Of a DNA stretch of 64,000 nucleotides, positions 37,416-47,405 are shown piece by piece. Numbering within the stretch: the stretch's first letter is position 1; every line of letters starts with the position of its first letter. A program made the position numbers and the translations under genes. The notes under the pieces were generated by a model. That model worked only from the letters and a program-made list of their open reading frames with translations. It was not told where the DNA came from and searched no databases. Source of the DNA: Candidatus Thorarchaeota archaeon (GTDB lineage Archaea; Asgardarchaeota; Thorarchaeia; Thorarchaeales; Thorarchaeaceae); the NCBI GenBank assembly GCA_048882325.1, contig JBHLRS010000008.1, forward strand, positions 51,530-115,529, read 5' to 3'.

Positions 37416-39278
37416 CTAACCCCAATGTAGTGGTGTACCACAATGCTCACAGATTACTGTTTCACCTGGAAGAGCCCGTTTTGGTAATGCTGCGCCACAT
37501 TGAACACACTCGATCTTCTTTGGTGCAGTATCCCCGGTCTTAGCTTGATGCTTGAGAAGAACCTCCCTTAGATTCTCCTTCATCTCCGAAAGAAGCATTT
37601 CCATCTTGCTTTCATCATCGCTTGCCACAGAAACCTTCATGGTCAGATTCTCTTTTGATGCGGAACCAATCACAACAAATTCAGTTCCAGCTAGAGCCTT
37701 GCCATAATACCATGACTCCTCTCCATTCTTAGTACCGCTTTTTTCTCCAACAAACTTCACGCTTTGCTGTTCAATCACATCATTTACAAGATCCAACATC
37801 TCTTGAACATCTGCATCCGGTTCCATCTGATACTCAGCAGCTCTCTCTGTCTGTAACCGAGTTTCAAGCAAGTGCTCAAGGTCAGGCATGTTCATTGTTG
37901 AGAGATATGCATCTCGGGCTATTGAAGCATGTGCGGTTGGTATCTCCACCTTGCTGTCACCATGATTGTCACAATACAAGTATGCTTCGGACTTATCTCC
38001 ATTTGTTTCAATATTTGTAAGATTCACAGCATTATGGCATTTGTGACATTCGAATAGTTGACGATAGAACCTCTCAATTACAGGCTCACTGGCGCCAACA
38101 TGTAAGTGTCGATTGTCACCATGACCATTACGACATTCCATCTTTAAGTCAACAATATCATCATGAACCTTTGTTCCACGGATTGTCATCAGTGATGTAC
38201 ATTTTTCGCATTTAAGGCTCTCCTCAGTAGAAGGCATTCTATCTATTTGCTTGTCCCGTTCCTCAACATGCTTGTAAATACCGACAGCTACCCCCTTCTT
38301 GAAATCCCCATGAACAGGACAGACTAGCTTGAGTTCGACGTTATTTCCGCTGACTTTCGTTTCGACAATGTCAGTCACCATGTCACAATCATTGCACTTT
38401 ATCACTCCACCAACTATGGCATCAATCGCCTCCTCATCCAAATCGGAAGGCTGAGAGAGTTCTACACTATGACCATTCATACAGGTACATTTGAGTTTGT
38501 ACTTCATCTTGTCTAGTTCAACAGATCGGATAGACATCGAGTTACCGCAATCTCGGCAATTCAGCATTGACCTGACAATACTCCCCTCAGACATTGCTTC
38601 AACTATAGATTCAATCATCCAAGTATACTCAGCTGGGAGTTCCTTCTTCATTTTGCCATGTGCGGGACATGTCATCTCTATCTGAGCCTTGTTGCCTTTT
38701 GGCTGAGTTTGTAGAACTTGACATGGTAGTCCACACTCATCACAATGAATCAATCGTTTTACTGCTGTTTTAAGCACAGAGTCATCAGCTACTTTGGGAA
38801 TGAACCGCATCTCCTTGTGACCATTTGGGCATCGTGATTTGACCTCAAGGATTCCCTTCTTATCTGAGATCTCTGCAGCTACAAAGACTTCTCCACACCG
38901 AGAACAGCTCAAAGAGTCAAGAATCGACTTAGATGTATTCAGACTACCCTGAAGTCCTGTAATTGCAGTGTGGTAGAACGCAGGTATTTCCCTCTTCTGA
39001 GGTCCATGAATTGGACAAATGAAAACATATTCCGCTTTATGTCGTCCTACATCTGTATTCATCAAGGTCATGGTTGAGCCACACTCAAGACAGGTGAAAA
39101 TTCCTTGAAAGACTTCATGAGCCATACTATCAGCTTGATATCGTGAAATGTCTCTTTTACCCTTGTGACCATTCAGACATTGGCAATAGACGCGGAGTGT
39201 ATGTCCTCTCAGTTCTCCAGCGAGAACATAGAAAGGTTCCTTACATTTCTTGCACGTGAAAATCGTTCTCTCCTCCAC
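37416..39278 (-). CDS. Multi-metal-finger protein: 8 CxxC...CxxGH/CPxHG repeats, platform-like domain, C-terminal CxxC-CxxC ribbon
   Basis: Repeats counted in the translation; paralogue of the adjacent gene. Confidence 0.8.
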   Translation of the reverse strand: MEERTIFTCKKCKEPFYVLAGELRGHTLRVYCQCLNGHKGKRDISRYQADSMAHEVFQGIFTCLECGSTMTLMNTDVGRHKAEYVFICPIHGPQKREIPAFYHTAITGLQGSLNTSKSILDSLSCSRCGEVFVAAEISDKKGILEVKSRCPNGHKEMRFIPKVADDSVLKTAVKRLIHCDECGLPCQVLQTQPKGNKAQIEMTCPAHGKMKKELPAEYTWMIESIVEAMSEGSIVRSMLNCRDCGNSMSIRSVELDKMKYKLKCTCMNGHSVELSQPSDLDEEAIDAIVGGVIKCNDCDMVTDIVETKVSGNNVELKLVCPVHGDFKKGVAVGIYKHVEERDKQIDRMPSTEESLKCEKCTSLMTIRGTKVHDDIVDLKMECRNGHGDNRHLHVGASEPVIERFYRQLFECHKCHNAVNLTNIETNGDKSEAYLYCDNHGDSKVEIPTAHASIARDAYLSTMNMPDLEHLLETRLQTERAAEYQMEPDADVQEMLDLVNDVIEQQSVKFVGEKSGTKNGEESWYYGKALAGTEFVVIGSASKENLTMKVSVASDDESKMEMLLSEMKENLREVLLKHQAKTGDTAPKKIECVQCGAALPKRALPGETVICEHCGTPLHWG

Positions 39279-39353
39279 AAGGTGCGCGGTTGTTAATCCA
39301 TACCAGATTTGCCTAGCTTCCTAAAAGGTATTACGTAGACGCCATCTGAGCTC

Positions 39354-41630
39354 CTATTGCAGATATAGAGCGATTGTGAGGGTGTGTGTACAGTATTTGC
39401 ATCTGATGGGGAGTCGTCGTCCCATCTCTTCAACCTGCTCGATTTCAAGAGGCGCTCCACAACGAAGACAGACCCATGAGTCCATGGTATCAGCAAGTTC
39501 ATCAATGGTTGTAGGGAGCATTGCTACATCTTCACCAAGTGCCTCAACCTTTACACAGGAATGTCGACCATTTTCAGGACCACTGATTAGGATGATGACA
39601 GCGACCTTCTTCTGGGTATATTTGCCTTCTGCATAACCCCTAATGGTTCCAACAAATTCGCCGCCGACAATTCGTTCTTCAGTGTCAACAAGGTGGAAAT
39701 TCTTAGCAGGCAGTATCTTCTCTGCCTTTGTAAAGAGCACCTGTGCGTTCCAATCTAGAGTTTGTTCTTGTTTCGTCTTTTGGAGACTGCTTAGAACGAG
39801 ATCGAACGCTTCGGATGTCTTCTTCGAAGGCAATAACAGATCGCAGACAGAGCGAATGAGATATGGCTCAACACTTACAGTGTGAAGCTGGTCCATGAAG
39901 TCGATATAGGAAACAGTTGCGATGACCTTACCCTGAACACAATCCTTTGTTGGGTAGAAGGTAAATTGTGGGCTTCTGTATCCGCCCACCTCAATTCTCG
40001 AGATTGTTTTGACACTTTCTCCAGCTAACTCCATGCAGTCCTGAGGGTATGCCACAATTGAAACGGTAACATTCGTTATCACATAACCGCTATCATTTTT
40101 TATCTTGACCTTGAAGTCAAACTTGCCACCAACAATCTCACACCCTCGTAATACTGCTATATCCGATTCCCTCGCTGCGGGTGCTGTTGATGAAACATCA
40201 AGAACATCAGGATGTGTAGGCTCTGGGGCTTCAACAGGTGGCTTAATTTTATCAGCCTGCAACTCGTTGTAAGCGTTTTGCATGGCTTCTGCGTGGTCTG
40301 GTGGGATATCGAGAACAGTCTTTCCATGTAAGGAGCAAAGCAAAACAACACGGTCTTCACGTTCGTGAGGCTCAATATAGACCAGCTCAAGAGACTCGTA
40401 ACATTCTGGACACTGATACAATCGTTTGTACAAACCAGTTAGAGTTTCTTGATCTAGACCAGGGACAAACAATCTCTTGCTTCTGTGTCCGTTTCGGCAC
40501 TCAACATCGAACTCAATCAGACCTCTACGTTCCTCAACATCACGAACATTTAGGGGCATACTGCACTTATCACAACTCAGGTTCCGTACGATTGAGGGCA
40601 TTCGATCAATTTTGGATTGATGCGCACTAATGTGCTTGAAAACGTGTGGAGGTGTTTCTCGAGTCATGACACCATGTGTGGGACAGACTATTCTAAAACC
40701 AACTTTCTTCTTGGTCTTCTTTGTGTCAAGAATGTGAGTGAGCCCGCCACACTCTTCACAGGTCAATAGTGCTGCAGCTATCCGATTAACAACTGACTCA
40801 TTCCAAATTAGGGGCAAGATTCTGTCTGAGGTGTGTTTTGTCTCAGGACAGATGCATTTCAATTTGTATCCTTGTTTGTTGTCTTCAATACTTCTGATAG
40901 CGAGAGGGTGACGACAGTCATGAGCGGTGAGAGAGGACTTCACAACCGCATCTTCAGGTATCTCGGAAACAGCTTCTTCGAGAAGACCCACCTGAGTTGC
41001 AAGGATCTCCTTCTTAGCAATACCATGAATGGGACAGGTAGTTGTTAGTCTTGCGGTATTTCCCCTTTTTTCAATCTCCGTGATATGACCTGGGAGACCG
41101 CATCTGTCGCAGTGTACAATGCGTTGAAGGATGTTCTTTAGCAAATTTATATCAAGGCTACTAGGTAGATACCGTGTAGCTTTGTGCCCATTGGCACATC
41201 TGGTTTCTACCTCAAGGATACCCCTACGCTGATCAATCTCATTGACAGCATAGACAAGTCCACACTGATCACATCGAAAAGAATCAATAATCGAGCGTGG
41301 GCTGTCAATATCAGCTCCAGCTATTTCTACATGAGCATGGAAAGCACGTGGAAACTCTCGCTTCTGAGGGCCATGTATTGGACAGAGGAAGATACTCTCA
41401 ATATTATTCCCTTGACCTCTTTCTTCGATATGGGTCATGTTTGAGCCACATTCTGTACAGGTATACAGTTTCTTGAAAACCTCAGTTGCCATGTCTTGCG
41501 CTTGATTCTCAGAGAGTCTACGTACACTCTTATGGCCTCGTAAGCACTGGACATCCATAGTCAGAATCTTGTCCTTCATCTCAGCGCTAAGGAGATATAG
41601 AGGATCACCGCACCTTTTACATGAAAACAC
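39354..41630 (-). CDS. Multi-metal-finger protein: 8 repeats, Ig-like + platform (adaptin-appendage-like) domains, C-terminal ribbon
   Basis: Same repeat order (repeat 5 degenerate, AHDC); FKVKIKN...NVTV beta-sandwich; LLLPSKKTSEAF; CLRC/CKYC. Confidence 0.8.
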   Translation of the reverse strand: MFSCKRCGDPLYLLSAEMKDKILTMDVQCLRGHKSVRRLSENQAQDMATEVFKKLYTCTECGSNMTHIEERGQGNNIESIFLCPIHGPQKREFPRAFHAHVEIAGADIDSPRSIIDSFRCDQCGLVYAVNEIDQRRGILEVETRCANGHKATRYLPSSLDINLLKNILQRIVHCDRCGLPGHITEIEKRGNTARLTTTCPIHGIAKKEILATQVGLLEEAVSEIPEDAVVKSSLTAHDCRHPLAIRSIEDNKQGYKLKCICPETKHTSDRILPLIWNESVVNRIAAALLTCEECGGLTHILDTKKTKKKVGFRIVCPTHGVMTRETPPHVFKHISAHQSKIDRMPSIVRNLSCDKCSMPLNVRDVEERRGLIEFDVECRNGHRSKRLFVPGLDQETLTGLYKRLYQCPECYESLELVYIEPHEREDRVVLLCSLHGKTVLDIPPDHAEAMQNAYNELQADKIKPPVEAPEPTHPDVLDVSSTAPAARESDIAVLRGCEIVGGKFDFKVKIKNDSGYVITNVTVSIVAYPQDCMELAGESVKTISRIEVGGYRSPQFTFYPTKDCVQGKVIATVSYIDFMDQLHTVSVEPYLIRSVCDLLLPSKKTSEAFDLVLSSLQKTKQEQTLDWNAQVLFTKAEKILPAKNFHLVDTEERIVGGEFVGTIRGYAEGKYTQKKVAVIILISGPENGRHSCVKVEALGEDVAMLPTTIDELADTMDSWVCLRCGAPLEIEQVEEMGRRLPIRCKYCTHTLTIALYLQ

Positions 41631-41741
41631 AGCAATGCACCACTGAAAGAGCGAAAGTTATCAGTGACACTTGATTTTCATGATACACTATTAAGGGAAT
41701 TTCTGCTGAGTCCAGTGTGGATGTCCGGATAAAACAATGGT

Positions 41742-42218
41742 TTACTGATCGGATGCGTCTTCTTCCTCTACCTCGGTCTTTTCTTCCTTTGGTTTCTCTT
41801 TCTTCTTCTTCGAATCAATGAAACCTTCAATGTCCTTCACTATGGGAATATCAGCCCTTTGAAGTGCAAGGGAGGACCCATAGAAAATAATCAACACACC
41901 ACCAGCCACAATAAAGAAGGGACGAAGTATCCCAACCAATGGTATCCAAATTATGTAATATCCTATGACTTGGATTAGTCCGCCCAATAGCAGACCTGGA
42001 AACGCAGATGTCACAGGCTTTGTCATTGCAGCTTGAACTGTTGTAATAAGTGTCAATCCGAAACCGCACACGACAATCAGGGGGCCTATGATTAAGAGAA
42101 CTGGTGTATATAGACCCACTAGCCAGATGACGGCTCCAATTACAATCATTAGGAAGTTAGGTGCTGATGTTACCTGCTCAATCATGTCAATTGGCCTGTC
42201 ACTCATTATCCTCACCAA
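41742..42218 (-). CDS. Hypothetical membrane protein (~4 TM) with charged tail
   Basis: Hydrophobic segments and a K/E-rich C-terminus. Confidence 0.75.
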   Translation of the reverse strand: MVRIMSDRPIDMIEQVTSAPNFLMIVIGAVIWLVGLYTPVLLIIGPLIVVCGFGLTLITTVQAAMTKPVTSAFPGLLLGGLIQVIGYYIIWIPLVGILRPFFIVAGGVLIIFYGSSLALQRADIPIVKDIEGFIDSKKKKEKPKEEKTEVEEEDASDQ

Positions 42219-42265
42219 TACCGCACTGTACGCGAATGATATTATGTATTTTGTGTCAATGACAC

Positions 42266-43540
42266 CTATTGACTTCCAGCCGCGTCAACACTTTCAAGGA
42301 CTCGATCTGCAGACTTTTTCACCTTGGGTCGGTACCCCCTGGTTGTGTAGACACGGACAGGTTTCAGAATCCTTGAGAAACTCCTTGCCATTGGGCTGAG
42401 ATCCATTGCATGCCAAAACTCGTAGCCACTGGACCCACGCTCGAACAGCACAAGGTCTTCAAATCCGAATCTTCCGGGATAGAACGTGACTGAAACTCGG
42501 TCTGGAAAGTCAACGTAGACGTTGCCTTGATCAATCCCAGCTTCCTCAGCAATCTCTCGCTCTATTTCATAAAGGCCATCTGCTGTTGCCAGTTTGTTGA
42601 GAAAATTTGGGTCAGAGATGGCTCTTGAGCTGGCCAGTTTAATGAGGTTTCTTCGACTAAAGTCGTCATGAATACTCTGAGCTGTTTGAAGCTCCTCCGT
42701 GTCATCAGGGTTGACGTTTATCAACTTGTGAAGAAATGATAGGTCATCGCACATCAAGAAAGATTCAGAATTCTCAGTCGGAAGTGAGAATAACTGAGAT
42801 CCTGCCTCATCAAGCACCCTAAGAAGCATAAGCTCAGCCGCTCTTACTGTCTTGTGGAAGTAAACAGCTTCAAACATGTTTGCTGCAGCAGATAGGTAAG
42901 ACTCAAGAGTGAACAAAGATCCCCGCTCAACTGCAATCTTGTTCTTGGCAATCCTCGTAGCAGAAAACAATCTCCTAAATTCCAGCTGAGCATATTCTAC
43001 GCCAGCAAAGTACGAGTCACGCTCTAGGTCATCAATGAGTTCAGGATTAATAGGTGTGTGAATAAGGTCGATCCTAAGCCCTTTCATCGGGATTCCTTTA
43101 TGGATGAGATCAATCACCTCGTTCTTTGTGAAACCATGTTTCTCAACCAACTCCCCTACTTCGGATTCCTCTACAATGATCTCTGCAATTCTTGGTCGTC
43201 CGATCCCTCTCACAGAAAGGTATTCTTCAGACACATTAGCCCAAGGTCCGTTGGTCAACATGAGCAGGAGGGCAGCCAGACGGCCATTGAGAACCTCTTC
43301 AACATTGGCACCAAGATATTCAAGGAAAACCTCCGTCATATGCATAAAACCTAAAGTCCGACCCATCAGTGAGATTGCCGCCCCGGGGTACACAAGAGAA
43401 GTACCTGCGGGTCCCTGAATATAGCGAAGTCGTTGACTGAGTCGTAAATCGATGATTTCCTTTTCCAATGCTGTGAGTGAAACGTATCCGTGGATAGGAT
43501 CTTTGATTTTCGCAACTGTGGGAAAATCTGTGAGTGGCAT
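42266..43540 (-). CDS. SAMHD1/COG1078-like HD-domain protein with metal ligands lost
   Basis: IKDPIHG, QRLRYIQ, LVYPGA, RDSYFAG and VYFHKTVRAAE retained; RFEH, HD and H motifs replaced. Confidence 0.85.
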   Translation of the reverse strand: MPLTDFPTVAKIKDPIHGYVSLTALEKEIIDLRLSQRLRYIQGPAGTSLVYPGAAISLMGRTLGFMHMTEVFLEYLGANVEEVLNGRLAALLLMLTNGPWANVSEEYLSVRGIGRPRIAEIIVEESEVGELVEKHGFTKNEVIDLIHKGIPMKGLRIDLIHTPINPELIDDLERDSYFAGVEYAQLEFRRLFSATRIAKNKIAVERGSLFTLESYLSAAANMFEAVYFHKTVRAAELMLLRVLDEAGSQLFSLPTENSESFLMCDDLSFLHKLINVNPDDTEELQTAQSIHDDFSRRNLIKLASSRAISDPNFLNKLATADGLYEIEREIAEEAGIDQGNVYVDFPDRVSVTFYPGRFGFEDLVLFERGSSGYEFWHAMDLSPMARSFSRILKPVRVYTTRGYRPKVKKSADRVLESVDAAGSQ

Positions 43541-43653
43541 TATTTATCCAACCGTTTTTTGGTCACTTAAAGTGTATAAAAAACCCTGAAATACCTACCC
43601 CTCCTTGCTTTTAGGAGAACCTTCATCAAGGGTTTTGCATCGGACTGAATAAC

Positions 43654-45489
43654 ATGAAACGGCTGTGTATTCTGAGTCTTCTGGTCCTTCTTTTACTCAT
43701 ACCATCTATACCTAGTACTAGTATCATTGTAGAGGATAGAATGACAGCCGCTGATGCTCCGACTCTAAATATTCTGACAAGGGTATACGGTCAAGATTAT
43801 TCCAGTGCAGTGTACTGGGATGTTCTCACTGACTCTTACAGGAATTTTGTACAGAAATTCACTGAGAATGGTTCACGTCACATCTTGGACTATACAGCTG
43901 CATCAGAAGGAGTCAATATGTATGCCAGGAACTACATCATTCAGCAACTCAATGAACTCTCATCTGGGAGGATTGAAACTGAAACTATAGGGAATTTGCT
44001 CAATGTTGTGGGAAGACTTCCTGGATATCTTCCTGGTGAGAATCCCGCATTTGCAATTAGTGCCCATTATGATTCTGCAGCAGGTTCGCCGGGAGCAAAT
44101 TGTGATGGTAGTGGTATAGCTGCAGTTTTAGAGCTGGCACGAGTGCTTTCCAAGTATGAATGGCCATTAGACATTTATTTCATTGCATTCAACGGTCTCT
44201 TTACTCAGAGCTTCATGGATGGAAGTCCACAGGTTGCTAATGAGTTCATGCAAAGAGAACTTGAGTTTCTCATGATCTACAATGTTGACACGCTTCTTGT
44301 TCAGGACCCGACGGTTCCCGTGGATGAGCGAATTCAATTTGGCTATGCGGAAGGACCCTATCATAATGGTCAGTACTGGGCTGATCTTGCTCGCCAACTG
44401 AGTAACAACATTGGTATGAATAGAATCGTACCGAAACCTTCCTCTATCTTTTACCTGTGGGAGCTTTCTGATCAATATCCATTCTATCAACGCGGGTTCA
44501 ATGTCATGTGCGCATTTGAGTCCGGATTGGCATATGATGGGTCTTACCAGAACTCAAATGACCGGTGGAACAATAGAGACTATCTCTATAGTCTAGGACG
44601 TGAAACAACAGCTGTCATCGGAGCAAGTATTGCTTATACTATGAGTCGTGGATTGGGGCAGTCAGTCACGTCTAATCATGAGTTCACATTGGCCAGCGGC
44701 AGCATCGAACAGATCTATATCACGGTCACTACTCCAACAGTAGTGAATGTATCAGCTAGGTGGTATGGTGGCATCTCATCCTTCTACTTATTCAATCCAT
44801 CGGGTGCGTTGATCTCAACTAGGGAGTACAACCATACTTCAGCCTGGGAACCTATGGATGTGCTTAACCGCCCTGTCACTGAAATTGGACAGTACACTCT
44901 GATTGTCTATAATAGTGATTTCCGGGTCGTTGGATATGAGGTCAATGTATCGATTGACACAGACATAGAGAACAATGGCGTATTAGATAGTAGGGAGTAC
45001 TGGATAGACAGTGATCTCTTTAACCGAGATCAAGATTCAGATGGGTTGAGTGATGCAGAGGAGCTGCTTCTAGGGACCGATTCCAACCTTGTGGATTCAG
45101 ATAACGATGCGATGCCGGACAAGTATGAAGTTGACAATGGGTTTGATCCTCGTGACCCATCAGACGGAAACGGTGATGAAGACCAAGATGGGCTTACTAA
45201 CGCTCAGGAATACTCTGGAGGTCTGAATCCATTCTCTGATGATTCTGATAATGATATGATGCCGGACCTATGGGAATTGGAAAATGGGTTGAATCCCTTG
45301 GTTAATGATGCTGATTTGGATCTTGACCAAGACGGGGTCTCAAATCTTGATGAGTACTTGAACGATTCGGACCCACAAGAGCCAGAGCCAATGGAAATAC
45401 CCACAGAGCTCTTTGTGCTTCCAGTGATTCTAGTTGCAGTGACCGGTGCATTTGTTTATATTCTCAGGCGAAAAGACCCTTGGACATAG
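43654..45489 (+). CDS. Secreted, C-terminally anchored M28-peptidase-fold protein with Ca-binding DxDxDG repeats; predicted inactive
   Basis: Signal peptide, AHYDS, GANCD, no EE, YQN instead of YHT; Asp-rich repeats; TM + RRK. Confidence 0.85.
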   Translation: MKRLCILSLLVLLLLIPSIPSTSIIVEDRMTAADAPTLNILTRVYGQDYSSAVYWDVLTDSYRNFVQKFTENGSRHILDYTAASEGVNMYARNYIIQQLNELSSGRIETETIGNLLNVVGRLPGYLPGENPAFAISAHYDSAAGSPGANCDGSGIAAVLELARVLSKYEWPLDIYFIAFNGLFTQSFMDGSPQVANEFMQRELEFLMIYNVDTLLVQDPTVPVDERIQFGYAEGPYHNGQYWADLARQLSNNIGMNRIVPKPSSIFYLWELSDQYPFYQRGFNVMCAFESGLAYDGSYQNSNDRWNNRDYLYSLGRETTAVIGASIAYTMSRGLGQSVTSNHEFTLASGSIEQIYITVTTPTVVNVSARWYGGISSFYLFNPSGALISTREYNHTSAWEPMDVLNRPVTEIGQYTLIVYNSDFRVVGYEVNVSIDTDIENNGVLDSREYWIDSDLFNRDQDSDGLSDAEELLLGTDSNLVDSDNDAMPDKYEVDNGFDPRDPSDGNGDEDQDGLTNAQEYSGGLNPFSDDSDNDMMPDLWELENGLNPLVNDADLDLDQDGVSNLDEYLNDSDPQEPEPMEIPTELFVLPVILVAVTGAFVYILRRKDPWT

Positions 45490-45502
45490 AAGAGGTCAAC
45501 AT

Positions 45503-47326
45503 ATGAAACGAGGATTCCCGATCTTCCTCATTTGTGCATTAATACTTGCGAGTCCAGTCCATAGTGGTTTCATTACTCCAGATCCTGCCTCTTCTAATTC
45601 ATCTGTAGCGGAAGTCGAGTTTGAGGTTGAAAGAGTCTATGGTTCTGATTACTCACAACAGGTGTTTAATCTCGTTTCCATGTCCTCGTATCGTGATTTC
45701 ATCATTGAGCTCACAGAAAATGGATCAAGAGCAGCAGGCCTTCCTACAAACCTTGGAGCGACCAATATCGCAGCCAGGGAGTGGATTATTGATCAGCTAG
45801 AAACCGTGTCCAACGGTAGGATCGAGGTGGAGGTTCTTGGTGACTATGCATCCGTCCTCGGCAAGCTTCCTGGCTACCTCCCGGTGAATGCACCAGGATT
45901 CATGGTCGGAGGACACTATGACTCAGTGGCTGGTGCCCCAGGAGCAAATGATGATGCTACAGGTGTCGCCGCAGCACTGGAACTTGCGAGAGTCATGTCA
46001 AAATACAACTGGCCCCTGGACATCTACTTTGGTTTTTGGAATGCAGAAGAAGTCGGTTTGTTGGGTAGTACTGAGGTAGCTCAAATCATGAAAAACAGAG
46101 AGATAGAGCTTCTTGCATATTACAATGTAGATATGCTCTTAGTTCCAGACCCTAATGCTCCAGCTGGCGGACAAGTTCTGATGGCGTATCCAGTTGGATT
46201 CTATCATGAAGGAGCCTATTGGGCAGAAATCACTAGAGCGATGAGCCAGAACTATGGTCGACACACTATCCAGCCAGTGATGTCCAATGCGTTCTCCGGA
46301 TGGAGTAGGTCTGATCATTATCCATTCTGGCAACAAGGATATACAGCTCTTTTTGCACACGAGAGTGGTTTCATCTATGACTCAGCATATCACACACCAC
46401 AGGACACTTGGAACAACCCGCTGTACAACTATCAGACTGCAACTGATGCAGTGAGAGCGATAGGTAGTGCTATGGCATTCACGATGGCCAGGACCTATGG
46501 AGAACCCACATCGCACAACTTGAGCTTCACCCTGATTCCAAGCCACGAAAGAAATCTCACGTTTGCTATAAGTACCCCCACCACGATCAATGTGACTGCA
46601 CGATGGTGGGGAGGCGGGACCGCAATCAGGCTCTATGATTCTGGCGACGTCCGACTTGCTAGTATGATTGACGAGAATGCTTCACCATGGGAACATAGTC
46701 TGATCATAAGTCGTCATGTAGCATCAGAGGGACTCTGCAGACTCAATGTTGCCAATAATGGTGGCACAAGTGTCGGTCTCGAGATTAATGTAACCTATGA
46801 AACAGATATAGATGGGAATGATGTTCTCGACCAGGAAGAATTCTGGTTCGACAATGTCTACTTTTCAATGGACTCGGACCATGATACAATCAATGATGCA
46901 GAAGAGATGCTTCTCGGAACCCTCCGCAACTCAAATGACTCGGACTCTGATTCACTTCCTGATCCATGGGAACTTCAACATGGATTGAATCCGTTAGACC
47001 CGAGCGATGCATCAGAAGATAATGATGGAGATGGAGTCCTGAATCTATACGAATACATCTACAACTGCGATCCAAATTCTCCTGATACTGACCAAGATTC
47101 GATGCCAGACATGTGGGAGATTGAGAATGGTCTAGACCCCTTGTTCAATGATTCATTGGAAGACCCTGACAAAGATCAAGTGACCAATATTCAAGAGTAT
47201 GAGGATGGGACTGATCCACAATTTGCAGAATTTAGACCAGAGCGCTTAGTTGTTCCCTCGTTATCCATTGGATCCGTGGCTGTGGTTGCACTTCTGGGAT
47301 TCAGAATGGTCCGCCGAAGACCATAG
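45503..47326 (+). CDS. M28 family aminopeptidase, membrane anchored, with DxDxDG repeats; catalytic set intact
   Basis: GHYDS, GANDDATG, NAEEVG, NVDM, SDH, YHTPQD; ATG 45503 after GAGG. Confidence 0.9.
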   Translation: MKRGFPIFLICALILASPVHSGFITPDPASSNSSVAEVEFEVERVYGSDYSQQVFNLVSMSSYRDFIIELTENGSRAAGLPTNLGATNIAAREWIIDQLETVSNGRIEVEVLGDYASVLGKLPGYLPVNAPGFMVGGHYDSVAGAPGANDDATGVAAALELARVMSKYNWPLDIYFGFWNAEEVGLLGSTEVAQIMKNREIELLAYYNVDMLLVPDPNAPAGGQVLMAYPVGFYHEGAYWAEITRAMSQNYGRHTIQPVMSNAFSGWSRSDHYPFWQQGYTALFAHESGFIYDSAYHTPQDTWNNPLYNYQTATDAVRAIGSAMAFTMARTYGEPTSHNLSFTLIPSHERNLTFAISTPTTINVTARWWGGGTAIRLYDSGDVRLASMIDENASPWEHSLIISRHVASEGLCRLNVANNGGTSVGLEINVTYETDIDGNDVLDQEEFWFDNVYFSMDSDHDTINDAEEMLLGTLRNSNDSDSDSLPDPWELQHGLNPLDPSDASEDNDGDGVLNLYEYIYNCDPNSPDTDQDSMPDMWEIENGLDPLFNDSLEDPDKDQVTNIQEYEDGTDPQFAEFRPERLVVPSLSIGSVAVVALLGFRMVRRRP

Positions 47327-47405
47327 CGCATCCCTAGATATACAACTGCTAAACATTCAAATTTAGTATCGACAACCGCATTTCACCGGGACCGGTGAGA
47401 AGTTA

